Shown here piece after piece: positions 58,797-64,000 of a DNA stretch of 64,000 nt (the first letter of the stretch is position 1; the number at the start of each line of letters is the position of its first letter). Where the stretch lies: contig CBDDCK010000005.1 in NCBI GenBank assembly GCA_965225855.1, positions 544,001 to 608,000 of the forward strand, given 5' to 3'. Both the position numbers and the translations under genes were made by a program. The stretch is from Spirochaetia bacterium (GTDB lineage Bacteria > Spirochaetota > Spirochaetia > SP-2023). The notes beneath the pieces were generated by a model. It ran no database searches and was not told the DNA's origin. It saw only the letters and a list, made by a program, of their open reading frames with translations.

Positions 58797-60410
58797 CTAA
58801 TGGCCGTAAACTTTCATTAATATTTGTACTTCCCTAAAGTATTCGCCTAATTTGCCATGGTTCGTAGTTTCACCACCGATTGTTTCGTCAGTACGTTCTA
58901 GGGTAACTTTCCACTGGCCACCATTCGCTGCGGGGGAATGGGACCCTAAGTACAAATTATAGCCGGTAACAAATTTGAATTTTGGGTCTGGTATGGTAAA
59001 CCAAGCTGCATTGGTTGTTCTAATTAATTCATGTTTTTTATCTTTAGCGTCTGTTACGGTGATTGTGGCAAAATTGAGTCCAAGAGATCGCAGCTTATCT
59101 TTGACCAGGAGGAAATCCATGGTAAACTGGATAAATTCCACAAACTGAATCGTACTAGAACTTACAGGAATATCCACTTCCACGGTGTTCTGATTTGATT
59201 TTATGCTCATTTTTCTCGGTTGGTAATCTTCTACTATGATTGGCTGCGTGAGTGGCTGCCAAGTTTTAGCTAATGTTACCGCTGCGCCAGCATCGACAAG
59301 TCCAAAACCCAAATAAATATTGTATTGATAATTAGCAGATGAATATTTCTTTTGCCCCGTATCAGTCCAAGTGTATGTACTGAATTTACCGCTTTCTTTA
59401 CTGGCTGTTTCGGCTAGTATCAATTTGACATCTCTATAGGTTTAATTGGGATTGGCCTGCCGAATTAGTGCAGCTACCCCCGCAACCATAGGGCTAGCCG
59501 AAGATGTGCCGCCAAAATCTTTTCGGTAATTGCTTTTAGGTTCATCTCCGTCCGGGGCCATATTATCTGTGGTAATAATATCATCAGCGAAGGCAAAAAC
59601 CCAATGCTGAAGACTGAATTTTACCCTAAATGGAACTATGTTTCCCGTTTTATCTATACCCGAAACACTGATAACGCCATGGTGCGCTCCCATTATTTCG
59701 CCAGAACCATGGGAAAAAGAGAAATTGCCGCTTGAAGTTACATAGGAAGAACCTAAACCATTCCAGCCATTTTGAATACCTTTATCCAAAATGGTGAGAA
59801 TCGGCAAATCTTTCTCATCATATCTGCCGACATTGTTGAGCCCAAAGCTAAAATTGTACACGGCAATATCTTTACTACCTTGCGAAAAATAATCCCAATG
59901 ATCTCTCTGGTGGCCTTTGGGAGTAGTAAAGCCAAAGCCATAAATCTTGGCATGGGGGCAACGCCTATAATGCCTTTATCATTATGTTCTGCGGCGATAA
60001 TTCCCGCAATACTCGTTCCATGGTTTTTATCTGCTTGATAAGCACCCGCAGAGCCGATAGGGCAGGCTTTAGCTAGATTATTGCTATAATCCTCATGCCG
60101 AATATCCAGCATGTTATCAAAAACCGCTACCGTTATGCCTTTACCCATATAGCCTTGCAGCCAAGCACTTTCTACATTGATGTCTAAGCCCGCAGTGGCC
60201 CCATCTTGGCCGGTATTTTTTAAGTACCATTGTTCTGCATATAAAAGATTATTATTAAGTGTGTTAAAGTCTAAGCCCCCTTCACAGATGTCATTTATGG
60301 GCATTTTTTAGCAGATTTACTTTTGTAGGGTCTATTTTGGGCGAACGATCATCGTCCGAATCTAAACGATCACAAGAAAGTATAACCGAGATGACTATTA
60401 AAGCTTTCAT
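58797..60410 (-). pseudogene. Subtilisin/kexin-like (S8) lipoprotein protease with a P-domain-like C-terminus; two frameshifts and one nonsense codon
   Basis: Signal MKALIVISVILS-C at 60410. Triad VAVFD, HGTSIAG and GTSSASP is split over fragments. Breaks at ~60305 (A6), ~59954 (C5) and an in-frame TAA at 59442. Confidence 0.85.
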
Positions 60411-60435
60411 GAGGGTTACCTTCTTTAAAGAAAAG

Positions 60436-61116
60436 CTAAAATGAAACAAATGGATTATACTTCATCTCATAATCTATTGTGGTCTGCTCTCCATGCCCTG
60501 TAAACACAATCGTTTTTCTGGGCAAGCAGTATAAAGATTGCCGAATAGAAGCCGCAAGCAATTCAAAATCCCCACCAGGAAAATCACTGCGACCAACAGA
60601 GCCACGAAAAAGCTGATCACCAGCCATAACGCAAGCCGCTTTAGGGAAATAAAAAGCAACACCACCAGCCGTATGCCCCGGCATGGCATACACTTCAAAT
60701 TCAATTTTTCCAATGGAATGTTGTAAAAACAATTGATTCTCAAGCTTAGCATCAAATTCAATATCCAAAAAATGATCGATGCCAACGGGTTCAAAACTCA
60801 AACTGCCGGCAAATGCACTCATGATGTCAGGGGACTGGAATAGCAGACTATCATTGCGGCTGCCCCAAGTTTCAATTTGCAGAGCTTGCTTCATTGCGGC
60901 TGCCCCAGCCATATGATCCCAATGTCCATGCGTCAACAACAACGCCAGAGGTTCAAGCTCTTGTTGTTGCAGGAAATGTTGCACAAACCCCAAAGAATTT
61001 AATGGGGCATCTATAATCAAAGCTAGTCTGTTGGTATACAAAATATGAACATTGGTATTTATCGGCTCAAGTGCCATACTGGCAACATAAAAGCCGTTTT
61101 TCAGTTTAGTAATCAT
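60436..61116 (-). CDS. MBL-fold metallo-hydrolase (glyoxalase II/YcbL-like)
   Basis: THGHWDH, PGHT, GDQLFRGSVGRSDFPGGD and GHG motifs. Confidence 0.92.
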   Translation of the reverse strand: MITKLKNGFYVASMALEPINTNVHILYTNRLALIIDAPLNSLGFVQHFLQQQELEPLALLLTHGHWDHMAGAAAMKQALQIETWGSRNDSLLFQSPDIMSAFAGSLSFEPVGIDHFLDIEFDAKLENQLFLQHSIGKIEFEVYAMPGHTAGGVAFYFPKAACVMAGDQLFRGSVGRSDFPGGDFELLAASIRQSLYCLPRKTIVFTGHGEQTTIDYEMKYNPFVSF

Positions 61117-61138
61117 ATAATTTATAAAACTTTAGGAT

Positions 61139-61924
61139 TCATATATTTTCCTGTCTGTTCATTGTATAAGGCATTGTATGATAAACAAAACATAAAAGTA
61201 GTATCGCCAATAAAATTAAGCTAATGTTCCAGTATGCATTAAATATCAAGGCAACAGAGGAAATTATACTCAATAAAATAAAAGCAAGTGCAAGGTAAAG
61301 TAAAGTAAGGCAAATAGAACGGATACGAATTACCAATTGGGGATACCTTACGGATTGTAAAGACGTAATTGCAAAGGCACAAAATTGTGCAAATAACAGT
61401 CTTGAAAGAGGTTGAAAAAATAAATCTTTTTCTGTGGGTATAGGGCTAAGCAACAAAAAATCGTGGAAATTCGCCGCAAAAAAATAACCCGAAGCCCAAC
61501 TAAAAATTTCATTGAAACGAGCTACTGTATATTGAAATTTTTTAGAAGGCTTTCCATTATTTGGTTGTATTGTCGTAGTGTTATTAGAATCATTGCGGGC
61601 AGCTTGATTGTAGCGATGCAAAATAAGCAACAACAACATTATCAGAGCAAAGAGACGAAAATAAACTTCCCTAGATGTGAACAATTGTGAAAAAAGTATT
61701 GTGGAAATATTCCAGCTAAAAGAAACTACATCAGGTATAATTCGAGAAAAAATAAATACGGGTATGTAAGCTAACATACCCCAAAAATAATGCCGCAAAA
61801 CACAAACAAAATGAATTGGATAAAAGTGCTGGAGAGAACAAATAAAAATATAAAGATAGAAAGGAATACAAATTAGCAGAAACAAAGACATAAAATAGCA
61901 ATATACTTGATGTTCAGTAATCAA
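61139..61924 (-). CDS. Hypothetical integral membrane protein
   Basis: 261-aa ORF with several hydrophobic segments, co-oriented between tRNA-Val and the MBL gene. Confidence 0.65.
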   Translation of the reverse strand: MITEHQVYCYFMSLFLLICIPFYLYIFICSLQHFYPIHFVCVLRHYFWGMLAYIPVFIFSRIIPDVVSFSWNISTILFSQLFTSREVYFRLFALIMLLLLILHRYNQAARNDSNNTTTIQPNNGKPSKKFQYTVARFNEIFSWASGYFFAANFHDFLLLSPIPTEKDLFFQPLSRLLFAQFCAFAITSLQSVRYPQLVIRIRSICLTLLYLALAFILLSIISSVALIFNAYWNISLILLAILLLCFVYHTMPYTMNRQENI

Positions 61925-61937
61925 TAAGCAATACGAA

Positions 61938-62011
61938 TGGGCAATATCGGATTCGAACCAATGACCCCCTGCTTGTAAGGCAGGTGCTCTAACCAGCTGA
62001 GCTAATCGCCC
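61938..62011 (-). tRNA. tRNA-Val(TAC)
   Basis: GGGCGAT acceptor, CCTGC-CTTACAA-GCAGG anticodon arm, GGTTCGAATCC T-loop. Confidence 0.95.
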
Positions 62012-62243
62012 TAAAATAAATTAGAAACAAATAATTTTCGACACTTATAATGTTGGCAATAAAACTTGTCAATACTTTTATCATAATTTCATTGTAATAT
62101 TTAATTTTTTCTTAAAGTTAAAATTTTTTGCATTTTTTTATCAATAATGTCAAAATTTATATTGCTAAGATTATTACAAATTTGTATGATAAGCTAAACT
62201 TTAATAAGTAAAATTGCAAAATTATCATTTGGAGGTTATTTTA

Positions 62244-63122
62244 GTGAAAAAGTTTGAAAAATTTTTTTGCTTTCTTTGTATTATATTTTTGCCTTTGGGT
62301 TTATTGCCCTTAGGTTTATTTGCGCAGCAAGTATCGTCAGCATCGTCAGCACAGCTGAAAGATATAATGAATGGCGACTATTCAGAAGATAGTCACTTTA
62401 AAAAGATACAAAAACGTGGTGTATTAATTGTAGCCATTATACAAAAAGATCAATACCCGTTTTTTTATAAAACTAAGGCAGGCAGCCTAGTTGGATTGGA
62501 CATCAAAATTGCGAAGAATTTAGCTGAGAGCTTACAAGTAAGACTACAGATCGATCGAACAGCAAAATCTTTTAACGATTTAATTCCTTTAGTGGAAACA
62601 GGGGAAGCAGATATGGCCCTTTCTAAATTAAGTAGGACACTGGTCCGATCTCGCAGAGTACTTTTTAGTAATCCTTACATAGTTTTTCGCCAAGCCCTTT
62701 TGGTAAACCGTATTGAATTGGCAAGAGTGAGCTCTAGTGATGCCGAAACAAAAAATGTGATCCGAGACTTTGCGGGAAGTTTGGGAGTGATTGGTAATTC
62801 ATCATACGAGCAATACGCGAAAGTGAATTTTCCACAAGCAGAGATAGTCTCTTTCCCCACATGGGAAGATACTCTGCAAGCCGTTGCTGATTCTAAAGTT
62901 TTTGCTATTTATCGAGATGAAATGGAAATCAGCCGATATATTAAAGATAATCCGGCTCAAAACTTCTATTTCCAGTCTGTGGTTATTGACGATAGACAAG
63001 ACCCTATTTCTATTGCCGTGCCCGCTCAAGCGCAACACTTTTTGTTCTATTTGAACCTATTTTTATTGACTTTAGATTTTTTGCCAAAAGACACATCTGA
63101 GCTGTTAAATAATTTTGGCTAG
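62244..63122 (+). CDS. Amino-acid-type substrate-binding protein (SBP family 3)
   Basis: KIQKRGVLIVA, YPF, GLDIKIAKNLA, LIPLVETGEADM and FSNPY motifs; GGAGG RBS before GTG. Confidence 0.88.
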   Translation: MKKFEKFFCFLCIIFLPLGLLPLGLFAQQVSSASSAQLKDIMNGDYSEDSHFKKIQKRGVLIVAIIQKDQYPFFYKTKAGSLVGLDIKIAKNLAESLQVRLQIDRTAKSFNDLIPLVETGEADMALSKLSRTLVRSRRVLFSNPYIVFRQALLVNRIELARVSSSDAETKNVIRDFAGSLGVIGNSSYEQYAKVNFPQAEIVSFPTWEDTLQAVADSKVFAIYRDEMEISRYIKDNPAQNFYFQSVVIDDRQDPISIAVPAQAQHFLFYLNLFLLTLDFLPKDTSELLNNFG

Positions 63123-63165
63123 ATGTAAAAAACTAAAGATACTTATTTTTCAATACAGGAATTTT

Positions 63166-64000
63166 ATGATTACTAAATTTTTAAAGCACCCCTCTACTTC
63201 ATTTTTGGCTATTTTATTGGGGGTGATCTTCGGTATTTATTTTCCCGAAAATGCCAAAAATATGAAGGATCTTGGTAGTACTTATGTGCTATTAATCCAA
63301 ATGACTATTGTGCCAATTTTGGTTTCAGCCATCATTGCCGGTGTGGGTCGTTTTATCCAAGACCCTAAGTTTGTTGATATTCTCTCTCGAGCATTGAAAG
63401 CCATTGCTGTTGCAATGATTATTACTGTGACTTTAGCTTTGAGTTTAAGCTTCATTCTGAAACCTGGTTCTCTATCAAAAGAAGGTTCGGATTTCCTATC
63501 TATTTATATTGGAGATCAAATAGATATTGTTAGTGTAAATTTAGATGAGAGAGTAGAGACAGAATACACAAAAAGTTTAATCGGTACTTTTTTTGAATCG
63601 CTTATTCCCGCTAATTTTTTCAAAGCTTTATCAGAAGGAGAGACTTTATCTCTAGCATTTTTTTCTATTCTTGTTGGTATTGCTGCTGGTTTTTACCAAA
63701 TGCGTTGTGTAAAAATTCATCGCAAAGAAGATGACAAAGATAATCAAAAAACTCTATTTAATAGTCGTGAGCTATTAGGTCTTTGCGATAATGCCTTTGC
63801 AGTTTTTCAGATAATAATTAGTATTGTTTTAATTATACTTCCTGTTGCTTTAGTCTTTATCACAGCGGCTATGGTCGCCGAAAATGGTTTAGGTGTTTTT
63901 GCTGCAGCGATTCGCTTGATTATTTCGTTCTATGTCCTTAGCTTTCTTTTCGTACTATTGGGGACTTTGCTTTTGTCTTTAACATCTAAAATAAGTTTTA
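63166..64000 (+). CDS. Dicarboxylate/amino acid:cation symporter (DAACS) family, 3' end outside the window
   Basis: Own translation: MITKFLKHPSTSFLAILLGVIFGIYFP..LG..YVLLIQMTIVPILVSAIIAGV, LKPG, LIPANFFKALSEG, FFSILVG. Confidence 0.85.
   Translation, partial: MITKFLKHPSTSFLAILLGVIFGIYFPENAKNMKDLGSTYVLLIQMTIVPILVSAIIAGVGRFIQDPKFVDILSRALKAIAVAMIITVTLALSLSFILKPGSLSKEGSDFLSIYIGDQIDIVSVNLDERVETEYTKSLIGTFFESLIPANFFKALSEGETLSLAFFSILVGIAAGFYQMRCVKIHRKEDDKDNQKTLFNSRELLGLCDNAFAVFQIIISIVLIILPVALVFITAAMVAENGLGVFAAAIRLIISFYVLSFLFVLLGTLLLSLTSKISF

Overview
Bacterial chromosomal window, AT-rich, most likely from a spirochaete (spirochaete-style lipoprotein signal peptides; ispE-tRNA-Gln-rplY-pth-tilS and tRNA-cluster-tig gene order; YidC-sulfatase-like fusion). 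Housekeeping genes include ispF, carD, der, leuS, tilS, pth, rplY, ispE, rdgB, tig, aroB, eight intact tRNAs and SRP RNA. Accessory material: (1) a dispersed family of four intact and one decapitated surface-lipoprotein genes built from shuffled ~120-aa modules, with shared leaders, poly-C promoter spacers and variable E/Q-rich VNTR stalks; (2) several unrelated non-coding repeat arrays that share a 23-bp (or 2x23-bp) period, including a 19-copy palindromic array that recurs elsewhere with the same tail; (3) an ~11.5-kb iron/siderophore uptake cluster with two frameshifted ECF genes; (4) an ~800-bp direct duplication (PD-(D/E)XK-like gene plus tRNA-Pro) bracketing the largest lipoprotein, next to possible phage/integrase remnants; (5) an orphan cytidylyltransferase-PEP mutase fusion; (6) a pseudogenised subtilisin/kexin-like lipoprotein protease. 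No CRISPR array, reverse transcriptase or intact transposase/integrase was seen. All family assignments come from motif recognition by eye, not from database searches.
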